A stretch of 17,891 bases of DNA from Thermoproteota archaeon (GCA_024720975.1 JANJXX010000012.1:1-17891), one strand, 5' to 3'; shown: positions 1 to 9,007, counted from the first letter of the stretch. Notes: generated from the sequence alone by a model not told the origin. Numbers and translations: made by a program.

Positions 1-1
1 T

Positions 2-2197
2 GAGCTATACATAGATGGCGTTCTTAAGTACACCTGGACGACAGCAGGAACAGTAACATACAACTGGGATACGACACAAGTATCTGATGGATCTCATACA
101 ATTGAAGCTAAAGCATATGATAAGGCTGGAAACACTGCTAGCCACTCAATAACAGTAATTGTTGATAATACAATGCCAACAATAGTTATTACTAGTCCGT
201 CGAATGGTAGTGTTGTTAGTACGACATTCTATGTTTACTGGAATGCTTCTGACAACATTGTTGTTGATAGGGTTGAGGTCTATCTCAATGGAAGCCTGCA
301 AGCAACGTACTACTATAATGAGGCCGAAGTCAGCGGTAGCCACAAATTCGCGGAATTGAGTGCAAATGCATGGTATAATGTTACGGTAGTAGTGTATGAT
401 AAGGCTGGAAACTCAAATTGGGACTACATACTAGTCTACACAATACCGTTAAGTGTAACGATAGTCGCACCTAGTCAGGATCAATTCTTCAACACCACAA
501 CAGTTGTTGTAGAGTGGACATATGGAGGAAGCCCAGAAAACTTCACAATATACCTAAATGGCAACATTATTGCTGTCGTCACACCACCAACAACAAGCTA
601 CACACTAACAGACCTACCAGAAGGAACACACAACGTCACAATCGTTGCAAAAGACCTGGCTGGAAACACAGCCAGAGACTACGTAATATTCCACATAGAC
701 ACAACACCACCAACAGTCCACATAGACGCACCATTAGACGGTGCATACGTTCGAGGTACTGTAACAATACAAGTAACATGGAACGATGCAAACCCAGACG
801 AATGTGAGTTATATGTGGATGGAATCCTCACGTATACTTGGACGACGACAGAAACGGTGACGTACGACTGGGATACAACACAAGTAACTGATGGCTCTCA
901 TACAATTGAAGTTAAAGCGTATGACAAGGCTGGAAACATTGCTAGCTATTCGATAACAGTAATTGTTGATAACACACTGCCATATATTCACATAGATGCC
1001 CCATTAGATTGGGCATATATCAGCGGTATAGTAACGATACAAGTATTATGGAATGATACTAATCCAGACAAGTGCGAGCTATACATCGATGGAACTCTCG
1101 AATACACCTGGACAACAGCAGGGACAGTAACGTACGACTGGGATACAACACAAGTAACTGATGGTTCCCACACGATTGAAGCAAAGGCATATGATAAGGC
1201 TGGAAACATTGCCAGCCATTCAATAACAGTTGTTGTAGATAATATACCACCAACGGTTTCCATAGATGAGCCGCTAAATGGAACATATGTTAGCGGTATA
1301 ACAGCAATACAATTGACGTGGAACGATACGAATCCAAGTAAGTGTGAGCTGTATGTTGATGGGGTTCTCAAGTATACTTGGAATGAAACGGGAACAGTAA
1401 CATACAACTGGGATACAACGCAAGTAGCTGACGGTTCCCACACGATCGAGGCTAAAGCATATGATAAGGCTGGGGACGTTGCCAGCTGCCTAATAACTGT
1501 TATAGTTGACAACACACCACCAACAATAAGTATAATAAGTCCTGAGCCTCTTGCGTGGTTTAATAAGACATCCGTAACTGTCAAATGGAGAGCAACTGAT
1601 AATGGAAGTGGAATCAGCCATTACGAGATACGCATCGATGGAGGGCAGTGGATATATGTTGGAACAAGTACGTCATACACATTTACAAATCTAGCTGAAG
1701 GAAAGCACATCGTAGAAGTCAAAGCAGTGGATAATGTAGGATTTTCAAGTGTTGCAACTGTAACGTTTGGAATAGATCTAACACCACCTTTGATTGAAAT
1801 TCTGAACCCATCGAATGGAAGTGTCTTGAGTGTGACTAAAGTCAATGTTACATGGAAAGGCTCTGATGCACTCAGTGGCATTGATCATTATGAGATTAGG
1901 TTGGATAGCGGTTCATGGATAAACGTTGGTACTAGTACGTCTTATGTGTTTGAGAATGTAGCTCCGGGCGACCATACCATATATGTTAAGGCTGTTGATA
2001 GAGCTGGAAACACTAACATTGCATCTGTGATGTTTAGGATCCCAGCTCCAGCTCCTATACCAATCCAGCAGTTAGTTATTATAATCGCAATATTTACTGC
2101 CATAGCTGCCGTTGTTGCTGCTTTACTTAGGAGAAGGAAAGCAAAGGAAGAAGAGGAACTTGCCGCTGCTATCGAAAAGATAATCGAAGAAGTATAA
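2..2197 (+). CDS. Large cell-surface protein with tandem Ig-like (Big-type) domains and C-terminal TM anchor; 5'-truncated by the window edge
   Basis: The frame is open from position 2 (ELYIDGVLKYTWTTAGTVTYNWDTTQVSDGSHTIEAKAYDKAGN...) into the ATG at 173, so 173 is internal. It has about 8 beta-rich ~90-aa domains with DxTPP...G-x-HT-I-x-V-KA-x-D-x-AGN motifs and many N-x-S/T sequons. It ends with a PAPAPIP linker, a hydrophobic helix, RRRK and a short acidic tail. Confidence 0.9.
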   Translation, partial: ELYIDGVLKYTWTTAGTVTYNWDTTQVSDGSHTIEAKAYDKAGNTASHSITVIVDNTMPTIVITSPSNGSVVSTTFYVYWNASDNIVVDRVEVYLNGSLQATYYYNEAEVSGSHKFAELSANAWYNVTVVVYDKAGNSNWDYILVYTIPLSVTIVAPSQDQFFNTTTVVVEWTYGGSPENFTIYLNGNIIAVVTPPTTSYTLTDLPEGTHNVTIVAKDLAGNTARDYVIFHIDTTPPTVHIDAPLDGAYVRGTVTIQVTWNDANPDECELYVDGILTYTWTTTETVTYDWDTTQVTDGSHTIEVKAYDKAGNIASYSITVIVDNTLPYIHIDAPLDWAYISGIVTIQVLWNDTNPDKCELYIDGTLEYTWTTAGTVTYDWDTTQVTDGSHTIEAKAYDKAGNIASHSITVVVDNIPPTVSIDEPLNGTYVSGITAIQLTWNDTNPSKCELYVDGVLKYTWNETGTVTYNWDTTQVADGSHTIEAKAYDKAGDVASCLITVIVDNTPPTISIISPEPLAWFNKTSVTVKWRATDNGSGISHYEIRIDGGQWIYVGTSTSYTFTNLAEGKHIVEVKAVDNVGFSSVATVTFGIDLTPPLIEILNPSNGSVLSVTKVNVTWKGSDALSGIDHYEIRLDSGSWINVGTSTSYVFENVAPGDHTIYVKAVDRAGNTNIASVMFRIPAPAPIPIQQLVIIIAIFTAIAAVVAALLRRRKAKEEEELAAAIEKIIEEV
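698..1507 (+). repeat. Three tandem 270-nt (90-aa) Ig-like repeats, plus a partial fourth copy at <1-163
   Basis: Units start at 698, 968 and 1238 (DTTPP/DNTLP/DNIPP), exactly 270 nt apart, and share DNA blocks such as actgggatacaac and gataaggctgg/gacaaggctgg. The same unit occurs at the window start. Confidence 0.9.
1508..2040 (+). repeat. Two tandem ~267-nt (89-aa) Ig-like repeats of a second type
   Basis: Units start at 1508 (DNTPP) and 1775 (DLTPP); compare SGISHYEIRIDGGQWIYVGTSTSY with SGIDHYEIRLDSGSWINVGTSTSY. Confidence 0.85.
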
Positions 2198-2204
2198 CCT
2201 CCAA

Positions 2205-2250
2205 CTTTTATTCCCTTTGGTTTTTTACTTTTTCTTATTCATAAAAAGTA
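2205..2250 (+). terminator. Oligo-T terminator region after the surface protein gene
   Basis: Several T runs directly after the TAA at 2197. An 8-bp inverted repeat tacttttt (2226-2233) / aaaaagta (2243-2250) lies between convergent genes. Confidence 0.55.
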
Positions 2251-2403
2251 GATAAGAATTCTACCATTTCAGGGCATAAATAACCTAAAGGAAGTGTAAG
2301 GTCGTATATTATTAGCTTTAACAATAGAAAAATGCGACTTCGGTAAGATTTAAAAATGGTAGTAAGAGTTTCTGAGGGGTATCAGGAGTTTCTAAAGATG
2401 GGC

Positions 2404-2766
2404 TCACTTTTCGGCTGTTACTATTTTTACATCCTCCTTTTTAAGGCCGTAGAGGTGATAGTCAGGGGTCAATTCAATAGCTTTCGTTGGACAGTGTTCT
2501 GCACATAAGCCACAAAATATGCATTTATAGTGTATGAATTGAGGCTCCTTTTTCAATTGTGTTCTTTCGCTTGGAACCATAACAATGGCGTTAGCTGGGC
2601 ATACTGTTGCGCACATACTGCAACCTGTACACTTGCTCACGGTCCACTTTATTCGACCTCGGTATCCCTCTGCTGGTTTTATCTCTACAAATGGATAGTG
2701 GATTGTGAATGGCTTTTCCACAGATTTTCTGAATACTTCCTTGATGATTTTGGGTATTAGGCCCAT
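2404..2766 (-). CDS. nuoI: NuoI/HycF/MbhN-like 2x[4Fe-4S] subunit of the complex-I-like hydrogenase
   Basis: Motifs FTIHYPF, YRGRI, CTGCSMCATVCP and CIFCGLCAEHCP. The ATG at 2766 (MGLIPKII) is preferred to the ORF-track start at 2799. Confidence 0.9.
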   Translation of the reverse strand: MGLIPKIIKEVFRKSVEKPFTIHYPFVEIKPAEGYRGRIKWTVSKCTGCSMCATVCPANAIVMVPSERTQLKKEPQFIHYKCIFCGLCAEHCPTKAIELTPDYHLYGLKKEDVKIVTAEK

Positions 2767-2847
2767 AGGAATCCCTTTAAGAAAGAGTGAGAAATGCATT
2801 AATTAAAATACCACATATTAGCAAAGGATACTATTCCAAATGCAAGA

Positions 2848-4335
2848 CTAGCTAATTAATGCTTTTCCTGCAGCAGCTCTTGCAAAGGTTTCTGCGAGTC
2901 CTGGGTATACACCAAGGGCTATTAGTATCAAAGTTGGGAGTCCTAATGCTAAGCTAACATAGGCTGGTGTTCTGATTTTAGCTATTTTCTCACTAGGTTC
3001 GTCGATGAAGATTCTCTTAACTAATAGACCATAATAACCTGCTGATATTCCGGAGTTTACTACTAGTGCTAATCCAAGCCAAAGTAAATTCGCATCTAGG
3101 GCAGCGAAGAATAGATAAACTTTGCCGGCAAATCCGGCTAATGGTGGCATTCCAAGTAGACTCAACAGGCCAAGGGCGAATACGAATGATATGTATGGAT
3201 TTCTACTTGACAATCCGCTAATTTCGTCTATTGTCGTTATATTTAGATGCTTCCAGACAATTCCAGTAATGGAGAAGACTAGCACTTCCGCCATTGCGAA
3301 TACCAATGCATAGAATATAGCTGCTGTTGCCCCATAGAGTGTACCTGCAACGAGACCCATTAGGATGTATCCTACTTGGGATATGCTTGAGTATGCAAGC
3401 ATTCTATAAATATCTCTCTGCTTCAGGGCCACGATATTTGCATATGTCATTGTTAGGAATGCTAGTATGGCGAAATATGCTTGAGCACTGATTCTTAGTA
3501 CAGGTGCTAACATGAGCACTATTCGAAGAAGCGCCGCAAAGCGAACGGCTTTTATTGTTCCTGATAGGTAAGCTGTCACAGGATGTGCGGAACCTGTGTA
3601 TGTATCTGGAGCCCAGCTGTGGAAGGGCACGATTGTCATCTTTACACTAAACCCTATTACTAGAAGCAGTACTGCAAGACCAAGCAATATGTCATTGAAT
3701 GTACTTTCGAGGGCTTGCTCTAGAGCAGGTTTTAGCATATATATGTTTGATTTTCCACTTATGGCAATGAGTATGGCTAACCCAAGCCCTAAGAAGGCAG
3801 AGCTCGTGGCACCCATCACATAGTACTTCAACGCACCCTCAGTACTTCTTCTCCAGTTGAATGCATATAAGACAAGACCGTAAAGTGGTACTGAAAGAAG
3901 CTCCCAGGAGACATATAGGGTTATCAGGTCTGTTGCTGCTGGAAGCAATATTAATCCTATTGATGTTCCAGTCATGCATGCAAAGAAAACTGGTATCGCT
4001 GGTAGCCCCTTGATATAGTGCTGAGAGATTAGTATCACAATTAATGTCGCAAAAATGCCGAGTGATGCGAAGAATTTTGCGAATTCATCGAATAGGAAGT
4101 ATTCTTTGGTAGGATCAAACGCTTCTGCTGGGGATATCAGTAATATTGCTTCAGTGATCAGCAATGCTGACAGAACCACCACGAAGGCCAATATATTTCG
4201 CTTTGTTTTGCTGAACCGCTCTATTAGCAAGCACAAGAATGTTGCTATGAATAATATTGCTACAGTTGTTACGAGGGCAGGTCTCGCTGTGAATATATTA
4301 ATTAACTCCGTAAGCTTTTCAATAACTCCTGTCAT
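2848..4335 (-). CDS. nuoN: NuoN-like antiporter-like membrane subunit
   Basis: Motifs SWELLSVPLY, EGALKYY, GFSVKMTIVPFHSWAPDTY, RMLAYSSISQVGY and GMPPLAGFAGK, with the conserved Glu/Lys/Lys/Lys axis of NuoN. Confidence 0.9.
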   Translation of the reverse strand: MTGVIEKLTELINIFTARPALVTTVAILFIATFLCLLIERFSKTKRNILAFVVVLSALLITEAILLISPAEAFDPTKEYFLFDEFAKFFASLGIFATLIVILISQHYIKGLPAIPVFFACMTGTSIGLILLPAATDLITLYVSWELLSVPLYGLVLYAFNWRRSTEGALKYYVMGATSSAFLGLGLAILIAISGKSNIYMLKPALEQALESTFNDILLGLAVLLLVIGFSVKMTIVPFHSWAPDTYTGSAHPVTAYLSGTIKAVRFAALLRIVLMLAPVLRISAQAYFAILAFLTMTYANIVALKQRDIYRMLAYSSISQVGYILMGLVAGTLYGATAAIFYALVFAMAEVLVFSITGIVWKHLNITTIDEISGLSSRNPYISFVFALGLLSLLGMPPLAGFAGKVYLFFAALDANLLWLGLALVVNSGISAGYYGLLVKRIFIDEPSEKIAKIRTPAYVSLALGLPTLILIALGVYPGLAETFARAAAGKALIS

Positions 4336-4337
4336 CT

Positions 4338-5873
4338 TTACCAGCTTCGTAGGAATTGATTTACTACTGTTGTTGTCATGTATGAAGTTATAATCCCTGG
4401 AAGTATGCCGAACAGTATTATTAGTAGACTAAATGCTATGTATGGCATAGTTTCACGTATGGATAGATCCTTTGCTTCTTTCACTATTGGTGTTTCCTCG
4501 GACATTATTAGTCTTCTTATAGCCCATAGATACGTCCCAACTATAATACATGGAGCGAGCAGGATGACTAAAGTCCAAAGCATGTTAGCACTGATAAATA
4601 TGCTTAATGCCCCGATGAATACCTGAACTTCGGCAGCAAAGACAATCAACCCGGGCAGGCCAAAAACGGCTAGACTGCCAAAGATTATTAGCACTGCTAT
4701 TCTTGGAGTTGCTTTCCCGAGGCCGCCAAGTTCGCTGATGTGATATGTTCCTATGTGGTTTAAGAGCACACCAGCCATCAGAAACATAAGACCTATTGCT
4801 ACTCCATGTGCAAACATCTCGAATACACTGCCTATTATAGCAAATTGTATGTAGTCGTGTCCTATACCATTGATAATAGCATATGTTGCTGCCACAATTC
4901 CAAAGAATACATAGCTCATGTGATTTATTGATGTATAAGCGACTAGCCTCTTGAAGTTATCCTGTCCCATTGCAACAATGGCTGCATATACGCCGCTTAT
5001 AACTGCTATTGGTAAGTAAATCCATAACAGCCCGGTGAATCCGTGGGGTATTATCCAAGCCATTCTAACGAATCCGTAACCTCCCATCTTAAGTAGTAGA
5101 CCTGCCAAGAGGACACTTACGGGTGCTGGTGCCTCTACGTGAGCGTCCGGTAGCCATGTATGGAGCGGAAATAGGGGTAACTTTACTGCTAATCCTATGA
5201 ATATTAGTCCAAAGGCAAATACTTGTGCATGTGTAGGTATTCCACTTTGGGCTAATTCTATCATTTCGAATGTGTGGATGGGTGACATCATGTATAGGTA
5301 TATAAATCCTAGTAGCATGAATATTGAGCCTACAAACGTGAATATGAAGAACTTTATCGCCGCGTGTCGGGCTTTTTCAGGATGAGGGCCCCACCATCCT
5401 ATTAATAACATCATTGTTGGTAGTACTAGCTCCCAGAATAAGTAGAATATTATCAGATTTAGGGATATAAAGGTGCCTAGTATACCAACACTGAATAGCA
5501 AGTAAACGATAAAGTATAGGGGTCTATTCTTATCTTCTGGTATATGGTATAGAGATGACCAAGCAGCTAGAAAGCAAATTATACCTGTTAGGATTAGTAA
5601 CACCATACCAATACCATCGACGCCGAAGTGAAAGTTTATCCCTAGATTAGGCAGCCATGGGGCATACCACTCATATTGGAAGCTTCCAGAATTGAAGTCA
5701 AACCTGAGTGCCATAGCAATTATTATTAGTAGGTTAACTAGAGTTGCACCGATAGCTATGTAATCTGCAATCTTTTTAGACCATTTCATTACAGCAGCGA
5801 TCAGAAAGGCGCCAATAATGGGAACTATCAGCACTATTAGCATTGCGTTATTCCATAACCAATCTAGATTCAT
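4338..5873 (-). CDS. nuoM: NuoM-like antiporter-like membrane subunit
   Basis: Motifs FHFGVDGI, FWELVL, AVKLPLFPLHTWLPDAHVEAPAPVSVLLAGLLLKMGGYG and GLPGLIVFAAE (NuoM-type TM12 Glu). The ATG at 5873 is preceded by GGTGG; the track start is GTG 5882. Confidence 0.92.
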   Translation of the reverse strand: MNLDWLWNNAMLIVLIVPIIGAFLIAAVMKWSKKIADYIAIGATLVNLLIIIAMALRFDFNSGSFQYEWYAPWLPNLGINFHFGVDGIGMVLLILTGIICFLAAWSSLYHIPEDKNRPLYFIVYLLFSVGILGTFISLNLIIFYLFWELVLPTMMLLIGWWGPHPEKARHAAIKFFIFTFVGSIFMLLGFIYLYMMSPIHTFEMIELAQSGIPTHAQVFAFGLIFIGLAVKLPLFPLHTWLPDAHVEAPAPVSVLLAGLLLKMGGYGFVRMAWIIPHGFTGLLWIYLPIAVISGVYAAIVAMGQDNFKRLVAYTSINHMSYVFFGIVAATYAIINGIGHDYIQFAIIGSVFEMFAHGVAIGLMFLMAGVLLNHIGTYHISELGGLGKATPRIAVLIIFGSLAVFGLPGLIVFAAEVQVFIGALSIFISANMLWTLVILLAPCIIVGTYLWAIRRLIMSEETPIVKEAKDLSIRETMPYIAFSLLIILFGILPGIITSYMTTTVVNQFLRSW

Positions 5874-5882
5874 ACTAGCCAC

Positions 5883-6081
5883 CGGCCTAATTGCTTAAAA
5901 ATCCTCTGAGTAATTCATTAAATATGCCTTAAAATATTCTGGGTAAATATTTCATCTCAATGAGTCTATGGCATTGGTAAAGATATTAACAAAGTTTCAT
6001 ACTTTTCCTTAGAACGCGGACTTTGTAAATATCTGCAGTTTATTATTAGAGTATTAGCAACAAAATTTTAGGTGCATCTGT
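5883..6081. promoter_or_regulatory. Divergent promoter region (nuoM-N-I / nuoB-C-D) containing a 15-bp inverted repeat
   Basis: AT-rich intergenic region between divergent genes. agatattaacaaagt (5981-5995) and actttgtaaatatct (6020-6034) are reverse complements at 14/15 positions. Confidence 0.65.
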
Positions 6082-6534
6082 ATGCAGAAGAAACTCAAGA
6101 GATGGGCATTTAAAAGAAGTCTTTGGGTGTTTCATGTAAATACTGGAGGATGCAATGGCTGTGACATTGAGATCGTTGATGCCCTTACACCAAAGTATGA
6201 CATCGAGAGATTTGGTATAAAGCTCGTTCCCTCACCTCGGCATGCGGATGTTCTCCTGGTTACGGGCCCTATTACAAAGAAGCAGGCTGACCTACTAAAG
6301 AGAATATATGAGCAAACGCCAGACCCAAAGTTTGTGGTAGCTATTGGAACTTGCGCAACTTCAGGAGCAACATTTGAGGGGGCGTATAATGTGATTGGTG
6401 GTGTAGATAAGGTAATTCCAGTGGATGCATATGTTGTTGGTTGTCCAGCAAGACCAGAAGCAATTATTGATGCTATTGCGACGCTAATTGATAAGATAGA
6501 TAAGGGCGAAGTAGAGAAAGTGGAAAAAGCTTAG
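6082..6534 (+). CDS. nuoB: Group 4 [NiFe]-hydrogenase small subunit (NuoB/HycG/MbhJ family)
   Basis: GGCNGCDIE has the hydrogenase-type CxxC rather than the adjacent CC of complex I NuoB. Other motifs: SPRHADVLLVTGP, IGTCATSG and VVGCPARPE. SD ggtg upstream. Confidence 0.93.
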   Translation: MQKKLKRWAFKRSLWVFHVNTGGCNGCDIEIVDALTPKYDIERFGIKLVPSPRHADVLLVTGPITKKQADLLKRIYEQTPDPKFVVAIGTCATSGATFEGAYNVIGGVDKVIPVDAYVVGCPARPEAIIDAIATLIDKIDKGEVEKVEKA

Positions 6535-6543
6535 GTGATACAT

Positions 6544-7011
6544 GTGGCTTATAAGCAAGGGGAAACTATAAGTCCTCAGGTACAAAACATTACCAGTTGG
6601 CTTAGGGAGGTTGGTGTAGAAACAGAAGTGAAACTTGACAAGTATAAAGTCGCGTGGGCTGAGATTCCTGCAGGAGAAACTAAGAAAGTAATAGGGTTGT
6701 TGAAGGAGAAGGGCTACAGACACCTGTCTACGATAACAGGTGTTGACTTGCCGGAGCAGGGTGTTATAGAACTTATATATCATCTAGCACCAGTAAAATT
6801 AGGCGAGTACCCAATTCTAGCATTAAAGACTAAGGTTCCAAGAGATAAACCTGAAATCGAAACAATAACAGACTTATTTGCTATCGCTATTGTTTACGAA
6901 AGAGAGGTTTATGACTTACTAGGTGTTAAGTTTATTGGGCATGCAGGTCTATCAAGAATTCTTCTACCTCGTGATGTTCCAGAGGATTATCACCCCCTCA
7001 GGAAGAAATGA
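6544..7011 (+). CDS. nuoC: NuoC/MbhK/EchD-like subunit
   Basis: Motifs HLSTITGVD, ELIYHL, YEREVYDLLGVKFIGH and YHPLRK. The GTG at 6544 follows a GGTGA SD; the track start is 6535. Confidence 0.9.
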   Translation: MAYKQGETISPQVQNITSWLREVGVETEVKLDKYKVAWAEIPAGETKKVIGLLKEKGYRHLSTITGVDLPEQGVIELIYHLAPVKLGEYPILALKTKVPRDKPEIETITDLFAIAIVYEREVYDLLGVKFIGHAGLSRILLPRDVPEDYHPLRKK

Positions 7012-7026
7012 TCGGAGGTGTGTAAT

Positions 7027-8238
7027 ATGGGTATGTATGTTCCAATAGGTCCTTATCATCCGGCTTTAAAGGAGCCCATAACAATAAAGATTAAGGTTGA
7101 GGGTGAAAAAATAGTAGACGCTGACATAGAGCTTGGCTACAATCACAGAGGCATAGAGAAGCTTCTGGAGTCAAAGTTATGGATAAGCGTTCCATTTATT
7201 TCTGAACATATTTGCGGTATATGTTCCGGAGTTCATCAGATGACGGCTATAATGGGCATTGAGCGAATATTCGATATGGAGGATAAAATTCCTGAGAGAG
7301 CCAGAATGCTGAGAATAGTAGGACTAGAGCTCGAAAGGATTCACAGCCATCTGCTATGGCTTGGCGTAGCAGCTCACGAATCCGGTTTTGATACAATATT
7401 CATGTATACGTGGAGGGACAGAGAGTCGATTCTGGATTTACTTGAGATGCAGGGAGGGAGGCGAGTAGTATACTCTATTGGTAAGGTTGGAGGAGTTAGA
7501 AGAGACGTCGATGATAAGTTTATAAGAAAGGCAAAGGAAACCATGAATTATATAAAGAAGCGCGCTCAAGAATACATGAAAGCTTTTGAGGAAGATCCAA
7601 CGTTATTGGCTAGATTTAAGAATGTTGCTCTTCTGCCCTATGACGTCGCAGTTAATCTCGGTGCTGTTGGTCCGACTGCCCGTGCCTCTGGCATCGATTA
7701 CGACGTACGATGGGAAGACAGATACTTTGGTTACAGCGAAGAAATAGGACTGAGAGTTGCTGTCAGGAAAGAGGGCGACGCTCTAGCTAAAGCTTTGGTG
7801 CGATTAGATGAAATTATAATCTCAGCGGAAATCATAGAAAATGTTCTTGAAAACTTACCTGCAGGGCCTATAGAATTGAAGTTTCCTCCACTAAAAACGC
7901 CAGCTCCTGGGGAAGCTGTTGCAAGGTCTGAAGCACCAAGAGGCGAATTAATATACTACTACCGCTCGGATGGTAAGAGAACTCCATATAGAGTTAAGGT
8001 ACGAACACCAACAATGGCTAACATCCTATCGGCCGGATACATGGTTCGCGGTGGTTATATAGCTGACGTACCTGTAGCATTCGCAACGATAGATCCATGC
8101 ATCGCTTGTATGGAAAGATGTATAATAGTGGATGACGGTAAACAAGTAAGAAAACTTGATTGGGCTAAGCTTAAGCACTATGCGAATAAGTGGTTTAATG
8201 AAAATTGGCATTGGATTAAAGAAGAGAGAATCTATTAG
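7027..8238 (+). CDS. hycE: Group 4 [NiFe]-hydrogenase large (catalytic) subunit (HycE/MbhL/EchE family; NuoD homologue)
   Basis: GPYHPALKEP carries the proton-transfer Glu. Also GYNHRGIEK, L1 EHICGICS (7204-7227), ELERIHSHLLWLG, EAPRGE, RTPT, L2 DPCIACMER (8092-8118) and a 39-aa tail. The ATG at 7027 follows GGAGGTG; the track start is 7018. The symbol denotes the family, not FHL orthology. Confidence 0.92.
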   Translation: MGMYVPIGPYHPALKEPITIKIKVEGEKIVDADIELGYNHRGIEKLLESKLWISVPFISEHICGICSGVHQMTAIMGIERIFDMEDKIPERARMLRIVGLELERIHSHLLWLGVAAHESGFDTIFMYTWRDRESILDLLEMQGGRRVVYSIGKVGGVRRDVDDKFIRKAKETMNYIKKRAQEYMKAFEEDPTLLARFKNVALLPYDVAVNLGAVGPTARASGIDYDVRWEDRYFGYSEEIGLRVAVRKEGDALAKALVRLDEIIISAEIIENVLENLPAGPIELKFPPLKTPAPGEAVARSEAPRGELIYYYRSDGKRTPYRVKVRTPTMANILSAGYMVRGGYIADVPVAFATIDPCIACMERCIIVDDGKQVRKLDWAKLKHYANKWFNENWHWIKEERIY

Positions 8239-8239
8239 C

Positions 8240-9007
8240 CTATTTTTCTTTACTGAGTATTTTATTCAATATTTGAGCAAATTCCTCCGGCTTCTCAAGC
8301 ATTAAGTTATGGCCCGCTTCATCGATAACTATGATTTCATCACACAGCTCTGAGTATGCTGACTTCTGGTATTCGAATGGAACGGCTAAATCATATTTTG
8401 GAATTATTGCAACCTTGCGAGCCTTAATAGCCTTTAGATCTTCAACTATTGACACCCCATTGAATGTTTTCAGGAACTCTATATATGCCTTTATACTTCC
8501 CTTAGCAGACTCCCTCCAAATGAATTCTAATAGATCTTTTCTGGGCTGATATAGCGTTCTGGGGGTTATGGTCCGTCTTGCAACTGGTGTTAGAAATCTC
8601 AGCAAAAATGCAGTATTCAGGAGCTTAAGTTTCGAGAACTTTATTTCAGGTGGTGTCGCAACTAAAATTAAATCTCTTACCTTAAATTCGCTTGCTTGAG
8701 AAGCGAACTTAGCAGCTATTATTCCTCCGAGACTGTGACCCACAATGCTAAGTTCTGTTACCCTAAGCCCGCGCAGGAGCTCTGATAAATCCATTAGTAT
8801 TCTTTCTAGTGAATAGTCCTTTGACCTATCTGAGTCGCCGTGTCCCCTGAGATCAGGTATTATCTTTCTAAAGCCTGGCAAGTTCCTTACTGGATGCCAG
8901 AATGCCCTTGTTGCGGCCCATCCGTGTATAAACAGAACTGTATGTCCGTAGTCAATAGCATCGTATACGATCCTCGTGCCATCTGACATTATTGCAATAT
9001 ACTCCAC
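8240..9007 (-). CDS. Alpha/beta-fold hydrolase
   Basis: Motifs LFIHGW, PDLRGHGDS, nucleophile elbow GHSLGG, candidate acid in KYDLAVP and His in AGHNLMLE. The GTG start is preceded by ggtgcatc. Confidence 0.9.
   Translation of the reverse strand: MEYIAIMSDGTRIVYDAIDYGHTVLFIHGWAATRAFWHPVRNLPGFRKIIPDLRGHGDSDRSKDYSLERILMDLSELLRGLRVTELSIVGHSLGGIIAAKFASQASEFKVRDLILVATPPEIKFSKLKLLNTAFLLRFLTPVARRTITPRTLYQPRKDLLEFIWRESAKGSIKAYIEFLKTFNGVSIVEDLKAIKARKVAIIPKYDLAVPFEYQKSAYSELCDEIIVIDEAGHNLMLEKPEEFAQILNKILSKEK

Noticed and set aside
173-175. ATG at 173 as the start of the surface protein
   Set aside because: The frame is open and repeat-homologous back to position 2, and there is no signal peptide; the gene starts upstream of the window.
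988-1584. 198-aa antisense ORF and other short ORFs over the surface protein (146-343, 514-807, 809-991, 1059-1286, 1621-1881)
   Set aside because: Shadow or out-of-frame ORFs of a repetitive coding region, with no protein motifs.
2366-2393. gagtttct direct repeat downstream of nuoI
   Set aside because: Only 8 nt in two copies, compatible with chance.
6082-8238. Calling the cluster NADH:quinone oxidoreductase, Fpo or Mbs
   Set aside because: The four Ni-binding Cys, the CxxC small subunit and the C-terminal tail are present; quinone-site motifs and NuoEFG/FpoF are absent.
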